Assembly: GCA_001873215.1 (NCBI GenBank)
Contig: MNYS01000006.1
Location: forward strand, 1,767 to 54,838
Direction: 5' to 3'
Length of the DNA stretch: 53,072 bases
Origin: Candidatus Levybacteria bacterium CG2_30_37_29
GTDB taxonomy: Bacteria; Patescibacteriota; Microgenomatia; Levybacterales; GWA1-39-11
The notes below the pieces were generated by a model that was not told the DNA's origin, did no database searches, and saw only the letters and a program-made list of their open reading frames with translations. Numbering within the stretch: position 1 is the first letter of the stretch; each line of letters begins with the position of its first letter. Made by a program: the position numbers and the translations under genes. Below are positions 16,617 to 25,866 of the stretch, one piece after another.

Positions 16617-17579
16617 TTATTGCGTAGAGGTTGTTTCAGAGCCAGATGCAGGGCTTGTTTTTTTCTTCTTTCTCTCCCTCATGATGAAGAGCAGTACTAG
16701 AATTATTACAATAAGCGTTATAACTGTTGCGATTTTCCATGGAAATACTATAAAGCTTACTACGGCAACTAATGGAAGGTTATTATCTCTGCCGTAGGTT
16801 GCCGAAAGCCGCGCGGTGTAACGTCCAAGCATAAATTTTGTTCCAAAAGAGTTCTCGTTCAAAAAGCTTTTCTCTGGAAAAATATTATGTTCTTCAAGCG
16901 GAAGAATAGTTCTTTGGCCAAAAATATTTGTTACGGTAATTTCTCCTTTCGGTTTTATATGCAGGTCACCGTTGTTGAAAATTTCAGTTTGTACTTTTAC
17001 GGGTCCGTATTCTGAAAATCCTTTTGCGCTCATAACTGCATTTGCGGCTTCTGTAATTGGTCCTTTGACACCAAGATAAAAAAGAGTACCGATTTGAGTT
17101 TGGACTCCTGTTCCTGTTCCTTCAACAGGAATTGTTTGTGTTGGTTCGTAAATAACCGCAGCGTAATGTCCTCCCGGAGCAGCATCCAACGGAACTTGTA
17201 AAAAGTAATTTAGCTCCTGTTTTTGGTGGGGTAGAATTGTAAAAGTTGAAGGGGTAACTCCCAGCCAAGCTGCAGCCGAACGCTTTACAGAAAGATCGTT
17301 CGGAGCAAGAATTTGTGGTGTTCCATGATTGTCTGACACAACATAATCTCTTACCATTGCTGTGAAAGTGAGAAGTTCATTGCCATCATTTATTACTTTC
17401 ATGACTCCTTCTTTTTTGTCTCCCGGAGCTAGAGAATATTCAACAGCCGGAGGAACGATAGTCATTGTTCTTATTGCCTGGGGTGGTTCTTGAGCAAAGG
17501 CGTGAAGAAAAAGACTTGCCGCACCAAGCGCGCCCGCAATGGTTGATGCAGTTATGATTTTGGGCAGTTTGTTTTTCAT
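16617..17579 (-). CDS. Secreted two-beta-sandwich protein with C-terminal TM anchor (paralogue of 2465, 33880, 34802)
   Basis: Signal peptide ...ASLFLHAFAQ, shared motifs TNIFGQRT and GRYTARL, TM IATVITLIVIILVLLFIM followed by RERKKKK. Confidence 0.6.
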   Translation of the reverse strand: MKNKLPKIITASTIAGALGAASLFLHAFAQEPPQAIRTMTIVPPAVEYSLAPGDKKEGVMKVINDGNELLTFTAMVRDYVVSDNHGTPQILAPNDLSVKRSAAAWLGVTPSTFTILPHQKQELNYFLQVPLDAAPGGHYAAVIYEPTQTIPVEGTGTGVQTQIGTLFYLGVKGPITEAANAVMSAKGFSEYGPVKVQTEIFNNGDLHIKPKGEITVTNIFGQRTILPLEEHNIFPEKSFLNENSFGTKFMLGRYTARLSATYGRDNNLPLVAVVSFIVFPWKIATVITLIVIILVLLFIMRERKKKKTSPASGSETTSTQ

Positions 17580-17592
17580 AAATATTATTTAA

Positions 17593-19050
17593 CTAAAACG
17601 ACGGTGTTGCGACATAGGTAACAACAGCTTGATAAGTACCGGCGGGAACACGTGCATCAACGCCTGCGGCATAAGCAACGCTCACAAGACCGCTTCCAGT
17701 GGTAATAGTATTTCCTACAGGACCTGTAGTTCTATATGCTATTGTTACAGGTGACGTTTTTGTAGGCCATCCGTATTTGCAGATTGGATTGGTTGATCCG
17801 GTAATGTAGGTATTACAATTACCGCCACCTCCGATTGAGTTCCAAAACGTTGAAGCGGGATTTGTATCAAGACCGCAAGCATGGAGACCAAACCAGTTTT
17901 GCCCGTTTGGAAATACTGCCGGAGTAGTACTGCTTCCAATATCAAAACCGGTTGCTAAATTACGCAATGGTCCGCTTGACGTTGCAACAAGGCTGTACCC
18001 GTTTATAGCATTAGTAGAAACTGTCAATAGCTGTGCTGCAATATTTCCGACCTTTGTATCAGTACTCGTTGGAACATTAGCAAGCGTTCCTAGGTTTACG
18101 ACTGTTGCGGTTGATGCAAGTCCTGCATTTGTTGTTTCAGTCTGTAGACATCCTGTTGTATTGCCGTTGTTGATAGCTGTAGCATTTGCGATACCGGCTA
18201 TTGTAAAAGTTAGAGTTGGGTCAACGTTTGCAAATACCTGAACAGATTCAATGGTTCCCATCGCGACTTTAACAGTATCAAGTGCAACGCTGCTATCATC
18301 TTGCGTATCAATGGTTACTTTCCAGACGTCTGCAGTTCCTGCAGTTGCGGTTTTTGTAGGATTTATAAGGGTTGGAACTTGGGTTGTGCATTCGCCGTCT
18401 GTTTGAGCAGAGCACCCGACTAGAATAGTGACAACCGTTCCGGCGCCGACAGGAGCGGATAAAGTACATGTAATTGAAGGAGAACTGACTGCAAACGTGC
18501 ATGTTGCATTATTTGCGACAATATTTCCTGTTGTAAGACCGTTAAAAGCAAAGGTGGTTGCGGAAGGAGATGCGGTATTATCAGCCGCACCCGGGTAAGT
18601 AAGAATAATCTTTCCGGCATTTGGAATAGGATTTGTTGCGATAAACCTAAATTTATGCATTGCGCTTATGGCGGTAGTTATTGCATCTCCTTTGTGATGG
18701 GTATTTGCTGCAGTTCCCCCAAAATACACAACTCTTTGATTAGCAGCAGGAGTATTTGCCGCTGATAAAGATGCAACCGTTACGGTATTTAAAGTTTCTC
18801 CCGTGTCAGGTCTTAAAATAGCAGAGTCAGAAGCCAGATAAATGGATCCGTTATCTGTAATTGTTACCTGTCCTGCGCTTGCCGCTTGGTCTGCCCCTAA
18901 TGGAGCAGAAGCAGAAGGGCGTGAAGTAGTAAGGGTACCTGAAGCGCTTGCAAGAGTTGCCGCGTCTGCGCTCTTCACAGAAAAAAAGAAAAGCATAAAT
19001 ACTCCAACCAATAGAAAAAACAGAGTATAAATACGTGATAATATTTTCAT
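17593..19050 (-). CDS. Secreted T/A/G-rich pilin-like surface protein ending ...YQAVVTYVATPSF
   Basis: ORF track 17593..19089 (TTG). The ATG at 19050 is preceded by AAAGGA. It has a signal peptide ending SADA and the C-terminal strand motif shared with 3915, 35973 and 37127. Confidence 0.55.
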   Translation of the reverse strand: MKILSRIYTLFFLLVGVFMLFFFSVKSADAATLASASGTLTTSRPSASAPLGADQAASAGQVTITDNGSIYLASDSAILRPDTGETLNTVTVASLSAANTPAANQRVVYFGGTAANTHHKGDAITTAISAMHKFRFIATNPIPNAGKIILTYPGAADNTASPSATTFAFNGLTTGNIVANNATCTFAVSSPSITCTLSAPVGAGTVVTILVGCSAQTDGECTTQVPTLINPTKTATAGTADVWKVTIDTQDDSSVALDTVKVAMGTIESVQVFANVDPTLTFTIAGIANATAINNGNTTGCLQTETTNAGLASTATVVNLGTLANVPTSTDTKVGNIAAQLLTVSTNAINGYSLVATSSGPLRNLATGFDIGSSTTPAVFPNGQNWFGLHACGLDTNPASTFWNSIGGGGNCNTYITGSTNPICKYGWPTKTSPVTIAYRTTGPVGNTITTGSGLVSVAYAAGVDARVPAGTYQAVVTYVATPSF

Positions 19051-19101
19051 TCCTTTACTATTTAATACACTTTTTAGAATAGTTGTCAAGTAAGTAAGTT
19101 A

Positions 19102-20028
19102 TTACTTTTTTGTAACATTTTTTTTGTCTGTATCTACCAGTTTTAATAACCAGTCATGGTGTAGTCCTTTTTGTCTGTGTAATTTATCAAAAATGCTGCG
19201 AAATAACTTAGGACGCAAGATAAGTATAATAATGATGATAATTATAATAATTAACAATAAAAGAAGAATCAAAAAACCGATGATTGTAGATGTGAGCAAA
19301 GCAGTTCCGCTAGTTGTAATTTTTTCAATTTTTTTCCCTACCTGTTGTGGGAGTGAAAGAACAGTTAAGTCTATGCCTTTTTTTGGCGGAAGAGACTCTT
19401 TGTTATCTAATTTTCCGTATGCAAGAAAAGAGTATGTTCCTGCTTGAACATTTTTTATTGTTATAGAATAGTAACCGGTACTGTCTGTTTGTGCCGTATA
19501 AGCGTTTCCGTCTTTTGATTTTATGATAACCGTGCTGTTCGGCCTGCTGTAACCGTAAATTACTGCTTGGTCTCCCGCGCTTATTTCTTTTTTCAAAAGT
19601 CCAACAGTTGGAGGAAGGAAAATATTGTCAATAGTTGTATCGGTTGTTACAGGATTAATATCAAGACAGGCCTCAGCTTCTCCAAGACGTTTAAAATCTG
19701 TTACCGAAAGACAGAAGTTTGAAAAATTCTCTCTCACCAAAATCTGGGAGATAAAAAAATTTCCAAGTGCATCGGCAACAACTGATCTTATAAATTGCCC
19801 GTTTGATGTCATAACAATCGAGGCATAAGGCGAGGTATATCCGGAAATAGAAAGGTAAACGCCTCCAACGCTTGCGTTAACTGTTGTTGAAACATTCCCG
19901 GGATATACGATGGTTTGGGCATTTGCGCGCAGCGCAAAAGTCAAAAAGCAAAATGCATAAATCAAAAGAAAGAAAGCAATTTTGAATTTTGAGTTTTGAA
20001 TTTTTAATTTGAAACGGGCAGCGTTCAT
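19102..20028 (-). CDS. Secreted protein with two Ig/carboxypeptidase-regulatory-like domains and a C-terminal poly-Ile TM anchor
   Basis: The N-terminus MNAARFKLKIQNSKFKIAFF is partly encoded by the AT word repeat. Motifs include DSTGYYSITIKNVQAGTYSF and the TM LILLLLLIIIIIIIIILIL. Confidence 0.55.
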   Translation of the reverse strand: MNAARFKLKIQNSKFKIAFFLLIYAFCFLTFALRANAQTIVYPGNVSTTVNASVGGVYLSISGYTSPYASIVMTSNGQFIRSVVADALGNFFISQILVRENFSNFCLSVTDFKRLGEAEACLDINPVTTDTTIDNIFLPPTVGLLKKEISAGDQAVIYGYSRPNSTVIIKSKDGNAYTAQTDSTGYYSITIKNVQAGTYSFLAYGKLDNKESLPPKKGIDLTVLSLPQQVGKKIEKITTSGTALLTSTIIGFLILLLLLIIIIIIIIILILRPKLFRSIFDKLHRQKGLHHDWLLKLVDTDKKNVTKK

Positions 20029-20112
20029 AGTATTAGAATACCACAGTTAGGTTTTGGGTTTCTAGGTGGTAGGTTATTAGGAGAGTTAGGGTTTAAAAAT
20101 TATCTAACAATC

Positions 20113-20144
20113 TAACGATCCCGTCTAACGATCCCGTATCGTTA
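20113..20144. repeat. REP-like hairpin TAACGATCCCGTATCGTTA preceded by a truncated half copy
   Basis: The sequence is TAACGATCCCGTC followed by TAACGATCCCGTATCGTTA. The same hairpin flanks the RAYT gene at 48704. Confidence 0.85.
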
Positions 20145-20159
20145 GAGTCCTTTTTCTTT

Positions 20160-20403
20160 GCGTCTTTTCAAAAAGACGCCCAAAACTTCTTGCGAGTATT
20201 ATTCTTTGTACTTTCGTTCCGGCGAAAGTACCAAAGCCTATCGCCGAGTTTTGTTCCGTGCTTTCAAAACCTCGTTACTCACTGAATTTTCGAGTCCCCT
20301 TCGGCGAAAATTCCGGGCGCTTGCTCCTGGGTTTTTCATGCACTTCACTGCAAATCGGCGATTAAAAAATGAGTATTAGAATATTGATAATTGATTGAAA
20401 ATT
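20160..20403 (+). repeat. Hairpin-rich intergenic repeat family, copy C (most complete)
   Basis: Contains GCGTCTTTTCAAAAAGACGCCCAAAACTTCTTGCGAGT, GTACTTTCG-TTCCGG-CGAAAGTAC, TTACTCACT, TTCATGCACTTCACTGCAAATCGGCGATT and the tail GATAATTGATTGAAAATT. Confidence 0.8.
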
Positions 20404-20530
20404 GCTTGCCCTGAGGGAACCCGAAGGGAAAATTGTAAATTGAAAATTTCTGTCGGAATATTGGTAGGATTTGTGATTGAAGAGGTAAGAAATGAAACAT
20501 GAGGCACTAAGATATGTTTTGATACCCTAG

Positions 20531-21733
20531 TTATTGTAGTCCTAGTTTATAAATATTATATGGGCTTCCAGGGTTGAGTCGTGTAATTATTGCAATGCTT
20601 GTTCCGTCCGGCCAAGGAAAAATATAATTATCCAAAAAAGGTCCTGCATAAACAGTTGTTGGATTTCCTCCGTCGTATTCAAGAATAGTGATCTTGTTGT
20701 ATTTGGCAAAAACCAAATGGCGCGAATCCGAATTCCAGAAAAAGCGGGGTGAAGTTTCACTTTCCTTTATGTCTGTTTTGTCAAAGATAATATAATTCCT
20801 GTCGTCCTTAATGTCATAAACATAAGTATTTCCTTTTGTAAGCTTTCTTTGTTCTAAAGTGGAATTGCCTCCGACTATACGAGGTTTTTTAACAATAGGC
20901 AAAAGTGCGCTCTGGCTTGCAGTATAAAGAATTTTGTCTCCTTCCGGAGACATTGAAAAATCCGAAAAATTATCAATTACGATTGTTCGAAGTTCTTTTG
21001 GAAAAGAATCAAGTATTTTTTTGTTTTTATCCTGCGCTTGTTGTTCCCAGTCTTTTTGTACTTGAAAAAGCGATGTTGTAACGTCTTGTGGCGTATCGAT
21101 AAAGTTTCTTACCGGAAGAAGATATGATGTTATGCCGCTTTGAGTTTTTATTTGAGCAAGCATTTCTTTTCCGTCCGGGGAAAAAGAAAGAGTAGCATCG
21201 GAAAACGCGTCAACTTGGTTATTGGTAATTTGTGTTGTTTGCCCGCCAAAAGAAATAAGTGGCCGCGCATTCATGTCCAATACATAAGCACCATTTTTGG
21301 TCGCAGAAGAGGAAGAAACAGTATAGGCGATAAGAGTTCCGGTGGTGTCAAGGACCGGATTTGTTGCGCCGGTTGAAGTAATTGCTTCGAGCTTTGGGGC
21401 TGTAGGATAAAGAAGCGCGTTGACTTCCGAAACTACTTCTTTATCTACAACAATTTGCTTTTTCCACGGAATATAGCCATCTTTTTCAATAACTACGTCA
21501 TATTTTCCGGGTGAAAGATTAATTGTGTTATTGGTTGCTGTTGTGAGGTGGTTATTAATTTCAACTCGTGCTCCTTCAGGCTTGCTTGTCAAAACAAGAA
21601 GTCCTGTGCCTTCTATGTGTGCTCTACCGTTTTCAGGGAGAAAACGATAACCCCTGGCATACAGAATTGCGGCAATAGTACCTATTGTAATAAAAAATAG
21701 GATAAGAACCATGCTTACCCAAACCCGTTTCAT
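20531..21733 (-). CDS. Membrane-anchored PEGA-domain plus TolB-like beta-propeller protein
   Basis: N-terminal TM. The PEGA-type segment is TSKPEGARVEINNHLTTATNNTINLSPGKYDVVIEKDGYIPWKKQIVV. Repeated SPDG/SPEGD blade-like motifs follow. Confidence 0.6.
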   Translation of the reverse strand: MKRVWVSMVLILFFITIGTIAAILYARGYRFLPENGRAHIEGTGLLVLTSKPEGARVEINNHLTTATNNTINLSPGKYDVVIEKDGYIPWKKQIVVDKEVVSEVNALLYPTAPKLEAITSTGATNPVLDTTGTLIAYTVSSSSATKNGAYVLDMNARPLISFGGQTTQITNNQVDAFSDATLSFSPDGKEMLAQIKTQSGITSYLLPVRNFIDTPQDVTTSLFQVQKDWEQQAQDKNKKILDSFPKELRTIVIDNFSDFSMSPEGDKILYTASQSALLPIVKKPRIVGGNSTLEQRKLTKGNTYVYDIKDDRNYIIFDKTDIKESETSPRFFWNSDSRHLVFAKYNKITILEYDGGNPTTVYAGPFLDNYIFPWPDGTSIAIITRLNPGSPYNIYKLGLQ

Positions 21734-21853
21734 TCTCCTAATTATATATTTAATTTTCCCTATTGCAAGTTTTTTTAGACACTAATATAATCAGGTAAGA
21801 TTATAAGATAATTGATATATATAGTATATATTTTGATATAGTTAAAATTAGGT

Positions 21854-22903
21854 ATGTTTGGATCTTCAATGTTGTCAAAAAAAATAGGGATTGATCTCGG
21901 AACAGCCAATGTTTTAGTGTACGTTGCAGGTGAGGGGATTGTTCTTAATGAACCAACGGTTGTTGCAGTGCGGGCTGATGATAATAAAGTTGTTGCGGTA
22001 GGTCAAGAAGCAAAAGAAATGCTTGGAAGAACGCCCGGAAATATTATAGCGACCCGTCCATTAAAAGATGGAGTTATTGCCGATTATGGAATAACTCAAA
22101 GTATGCTTTCTTATTTTATAGATAAGGTCTCCGGACCGACGAGATTTTTGAGCGGATCTTTTCTTCGTACAAAACCTGAAGTAATGGTTTGTATCCCCTC
22201 CGGCATCACGCAAGTTGAAAAAAGAGCCGTTCTGGACGCAACCTTGGCCGCAGGAGCCGGCTCTGTATATCTTATTGAAGAGCCGTTGGCCGCGGCAATC
22301 GGTGCAAAACTTCCAATTGCCCAAGCGACAGGACATATGATACTTGATAGCGGAGGCGGAACTACTGATATTGCCGTCATTTCTCTTGGAGGAGTTGTGG
22401 AACATAAGTCAATTCGCATTGCCGGAAACAAAACAGAAGAGGCAATAGCAAACCATATCCGTAAGCGTTTCAATCTTTTAGTTGGAGAAAGAACTGCCGA
22501 AGAAATAAAAATAAAAATAGGAAATGCTATTCCGGATGCTTCTGACCCGCAAATCATGGGAGTAAGAGGCAGAGACAGCGTTACCGGTCTTCCTCGGTCA
22601 ATTGACATTTCAGACGAAGAAGTAAACGAGGCGATTTTACCTGTTCTTAAGCAAATAATAAATGCAATCAGAGAAACTTTTGAGATAACGCCACCGGAGC
22701 TGGCATCAGACATTATTGACAAAGGTATTGTGTTGTCAGGCGGAACATCGCTTTTAAAAAACCTTGATAAATATATAAGTAGGGAGACAGGAGTCCCTTC
22801 GTATGTAGCTGAAGATCCGCTTTTTTGTGTTGTAAGGGGTACCGGAGTAGCCCTTGAAAACCTTGAATTATACAAAAGGTCAATAAATAAAAATGAATAC
22901 TAA
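21854..22903 (+). CDS. mreB: Rod-shape-determining actin homologue MreB
   Basis: Motifs IGIDLGTANVLVY, DSGGGTTDIAVISLGG and GIVLSGGTSLLKNLD. Confidence 0.95.
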   Translation: MFGSSMLSKKIGIDLGTANVLVYVAGEGIVLNEPTVVAVRADDNKVVAVGQEAKEMLGRTPGNIIATRPLKDGVIADYGITQSMLSYFIDKVSGPTRFLSGSFLRTKPEVMVCIPSGITQVEKRAVLDATLAAGAGSVYLIEEPLAAAIGAKLPIAQATGHMILDSGGGTTDIAVISLGGVVEHKSIRIAGNKTEEAIANHIRKRFNLLVGERTAEEIKIKIGNAIPDASDPQIMGVRGRDSVTGLPRSIDISDEEVNEAILPVLKQIINAIRETFEITPPELASDIIDKGIVLSGGTSLLKNLDKYISRETGVPSYVAEDPLFCVVRGTGVALENLELYKRSINKNEY

Positions 22904-23213
22904 CGCATTCATTTTTTTGTTCGTCCGGCAAGCGGACTTCCAATAAAAACGAATACTAAAACAAGAGATAATAGCTTATAGTTTCATTTAAATAATAATA
23001 AAACAGATACTTTTTCACATAGAAAATTTTGGAGAGAAAAGCGAGAGAGCCTATAATAATAAGAGCAAAAAAATAAATTTTACACAAAGTAATAATTAAA
23101 ATACAGAAAAGTGTAAATATGACAAGAGATTTTGAAGAGTAAATAATCTATACAATTGAGCATACATTTTTTATATTCTAAAATTTGATACTATCATATA
23201 ATATTTAAAAAAA

Positions 23214-23978
23214 ATGGACAAAAATGATATTCTTGGAGTAGGAATAACAAAAGCATCTGAAGATGAAATCTTAGAGTATATTATTAAAAAGTTGGAAAAG
23301 ACCAATGAAAAGATAACAATCTTTACCCCAAACCCCGAAATTATTGTAAAAACTTACAAGGATCCGGCATTCAAAAAAATCCTAAATAGCGCTGATATTT
23401 CGTTACCTGACGGAGAAGGCGTTGTTATCGCAAGCCGATTCATGCGTAAAAACATAAAAAAACGTATAACCGGAGTTGACTTCATGGTGAGGCTATGTGA
23501 ATGTGTTTCACAGCATAATATAGGCGTGAAAAGGGTAGCTTCCAAAGATGCAAAAAAGCTTATTACGACGGGCTTTATTGGTGGTCAAGAGGGTGTAGCA
23601 GAAGAGGCTGCCAAGTGCTTGAAGAAAAAATACCCAACTCTTTGTGTAAATATGGCAAAAAATGAATGGTCTGAAGCGGATTTGTATAAAAAAACTGATA
23701 TATTGTTTGTTGCATTTGGCGCGCCAAAACAAGAAAAATGGATATGTGATAATATTCAAAAACTTCCGGTGAGGGTTATGATGTCGGTTGGAGGATCTTT
23801 CGACGTATTAAGTGGGAGAGTAGCCCGTGCTCCAAAATTTTTTCAGTTTGTCAAAGGAGAATGGCTTTTTAGATTGGCCATACAGCCATGGAGATGGAAG
23901 CGTCAATTAGCCTTGATTGAATTCATTTTTCTCGTTGCGTCAGATTTTTTCAGAAGTATTTTTAAAAATAGGCCCTAA
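23214..23978 (+). CDS. WecG/TagA/CpsF-family glycosyltransferase
   Basis: Motifs LPDGEGVV, FVAFGAPKQEKWI, GVGGSFDVLSGRVARAP and GEWLFRLAIQPWRWKRQ. Confidence 0.8.
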   Translation: MDKNDILGVGITKASEDEILEYIIKKLEKTNEKITIFTPNPEIIVKTYKDPAFKKILNSADISLPDGEGVVIASRFMRKNIKKRITGVDFMVRLCECVSQHNIGVKRVASKDAKKLITTGFIGGQEGVAEEAAKCLKKKYPTLCVNMAKNEWSEADLYKKTDILFVAFGAPKQEKWICDNIQKLPVRVMMSVGGSFDVLSGRVARAPKFFQFVKGEWLFRLAIQPWRWKRQLALIEFIFLVASDFFRSIFKNRP

Positions 23979-24161
23979 TTTTGCGTTTTTAGACCATATT
24001 TTCACAAAAAGCATCAACTAACCATCTAAAAAACGATAAAAAAAATATTTTCACAGCTTCAATTAGCTTTAAAAATTAGTTTAACTTCTTAAGTTTAAGT
24101 TTGGATTTTACCAAATTAGTTGCCCCGGATGAGCAAAATTAGATTTTTATAATTTAGCCCC

Positions 24162-24190
24162 TTGACAAGTCTGATGCGTTTTGCTAGTCT
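24162..24190 (+). promoter_or_regulatory. Sigma70-like promoter (TTGACA, 17 nt, TAGTCT) upstream of the HTH gene and pyrF
   Basis: Read directly from the sequence. It lies about 40 nt upstream of the 24232 start. Confidence 0.45.
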
Positions 24191-24231
24191 ATTTATAGAT
24201 ACGATATAGAGAGGCTCTAATCGTACACAGT

Positions 24232-24444
24232 ATGCAGCAGCACAACATATCAATAGAGAACTTACCAGATCTACTTACGGTTAGAGAAGTAGCAGAACTT
24301 CTTCGTGTTTCACCACTAACTATTAAAAGATGGGGGAAAAGAGGAAAATTGCCAGCAATCAGAATAAATTCGCGCGGAGACCGCAGATACAAGAAGGAAG
24401 CAGTGCTTTATCTACTGGGAATTCAACAAAAATCCACGATTTAA
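24232..24444 (+). CDS. Excisionase/MerR-type helix-turn-helix DNA-binding protein
   Basis: The motif LLTVREVAELLRVSPLTIKRWGKRGKLPAIRI..RGDRRYKKEAV is typical of the HTH_17/excisionase family. Confidence 0.7.
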   Translation: MQQHNISIENLPDLLTVREVAELLRVSPLTIKRWGKRGKLPAIRINSRGDRRYKKEAVLYLLGIQQKSTI

Positions 24445-24448
24445 ACTC

Positions 24449-25339
24449 ATGGGCGCAGAACAAAGACCACCAGCCCCTGAAGCAGAACAGCCACGATCAG
24501 AGTTTTATCAAACACTTGAAAACAGATGGAGTAAGGGACTTTTTGTTTGTGTGGGACTCGATTCGGAATTCGCAAAAATCCCCGATTTTCTTAAGAAGGG
24601 TTCTGTTGTGCAAAATATTTTTAACTTTAATACGCGCATTATTGACGCAACGCACGATTTAGCTCTTGCCTATAAGCCAAACAGTGCATTTTATGAAGAA
24701 ATGGGTGTGGATGGAATTCAGGCGCTTATTCTTACTGCTGATTATGCAAAACGTAAATATCCTGAAATTCCGATTATTCTTGACGCAAAAAGGGCAGACA
24801 TAGGTAACACTAATAACGGGTATGCAAAGTTTGCATTTGATATTGTAGGTGCTGATGCAATAACTGTTCATCCATATTTAGGTAAAGAGGCGTTAAAACC
24901 ATTTCTTAACAGAAAAGATAAAGGCGTAATCGTTTTGTGTAGGACTTCGAACCCAGGAGCGGGAGAGTTTCAGGATTTAATCGTAGACGATTGTAGCTAT
25001 GGAGATACTCCTCTTTTCGGAATGGTTGCGGCAAATGTTTTTCGTGATTGGAACGAACATGGGAATGTAGGATTGGTTGTGGGAGCAACATATCCTGAAG
25101 AACTTGAAAAGGTAAGAAAGACAGTAGGGGATATGCCGATTTTGATTCCGGGTGTTGGGGCACAGGGTGGAGATTTGGAAAAAGCAGTCAGAAATGGTAA
25201 AGATAGTAATAATCAGGGAATGATAATAAATTCTTCAAGAGGGATAATTTTTGCTTCCGGCGGAGAGGATTTTGCAGCAGCCGCAAGAAGAGAAACGCAA
25301 AAATTAACTAATGAAATAAACACCCACCGTCTCGCCTAA
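24449..25339 (+). CDS. pyrF: Orotidine-5'-phosphate decarboxylase, type 2
   Basis: Motifs LFVCVGLDS, ILDAKRADIGNT and PGVGAQGG; the length fits the long type. Confidence 0.85.
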   Translation: MGAEQRPPAPEAEQPRSEFYQTLENRWSKGLFVCVGLDSEFAKIPDFLKKGSVVQNIFNFNTRIIDATHDLALAYKPNSAFYEEMGVDGIQALILTADYAKRKYPEIPIILDAKRADIGNTNNGYAKFAFDIVGADAITVHPYLGKEALKPFLNRKDKGVIVLCRTSNPGAGEFQDLIVDDCSYGDTPLFGMVAANVFRDWNEHGNVGLVVGATYPEELEKVRKTVGDMPILIPGVGAQGGDLEKAVRNGKDSNNQGMIINSSRGIIFASGGEDFAAAARRETQKLTNEINTHRLA

Positions 25340-25378
25340 TATTTCTCAATTGAGATTCGCAAAGATGAAAATATAAAA

Positions 25379-25397
25379 TAACGATCCCGTATCGTTA
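25379..25397. repeat. REP-like hairpin TAACGATCCCGTATCGTTA
   Basis: Exact copy located 40 nt after the pyrF stop. Confidence 0.85.
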
Positions 25398-25419
25398 GGC
25401 TCGTTAGAGCTCATTAGGG

Positions 25420-25585
25420 CGTTAGAATACTTTACGGCTTAACTTTTCTCCTTTCAGCTTCTTTTTCCTTCACTCACTCGATTTTTCATGTGCTTCACGG
25501 CGAATCGCCGATTTTAATTGAGCGCAAAACGACAAATTAAGCGAGAAATTGCGCACAAAACGACGAATAAGGTTCATGCGTAAGT
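25420..25585 (+). repeat. Hairpin-rich intergenic repeat family, copy D (3' part only)
   Basis: Contains CTTCACTCACTCGATTTTTCATGTGCTTCACGGCGAATCGCCGATT, followed by repeated GCGCAAAACGACAAAT-type units. Confidence 0.6.
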
Positions 25586-25643
25586 TTAAATTGAAAAAAA
25601 ACTTCGAACAGAAAATGCTAGTGGAGCGAATAGCTTGTGAAAA

Positions 25644-25805
25644 TTAGTTGATGAGTCGTTTTGATGCCTTTGGAATGAGTAATTTTGCAACAAAAACAAA
25701 AAGGCCTGTTGCAATTGCCGAGTAAAATGCAATCATTGTCGCGCAAGAAAGTTGCCCTTCAAGTCCAACCGTATTGCTTTCATTTAAAACAGATATACCA
25801 TTCAT
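25644..25805 (-). CDS. Possible 53-aa small membrane protein (below the ORF-track cutoff)
   Basis: Hand translation gives MNGISVLNESNTVGLEGQLSCATMIAFYSAIATGLFVFVAKLLIPKASKRLIN. It has one TM and a weak RBS. Confidence 0.25.
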   Translation of the reverse strand: MNGISVLNESNTVGLEGQLSCATMIAFYSAIATGLFVFVAKLLIPKASKRLIN

Positions 25806-25866
25806 TCTTCGTATATTATAACAGATTTGTCAATGGTTTGTGCCTATTTACCCACAAATAAGTTGA

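Noticed and set aside
20158-20379. Small ORFs inside the hairpin-rich repeat family (20158..20379, 10140..10334) as a paralogous peptide family ending FTANRRL
   Set aside because: The frame is interrupted or unterminated in copies A and E, and the starts are non-canonical. The clearest conservation signal is compensatory base-pairing in the stems. The coding reading is kept only as an alternative to test.
22111-22875. Long antisense or off-frame ORFs inside strong genes (22111..22875 in mreB; 40188..40784 and others in the giant genes; 51782..52372; 27326..27670)
   Set aside because: These are shadow ORFs opposite or overlapping genes that have clear family signatures. Their composition is low-complexity and no independent start signals are present.
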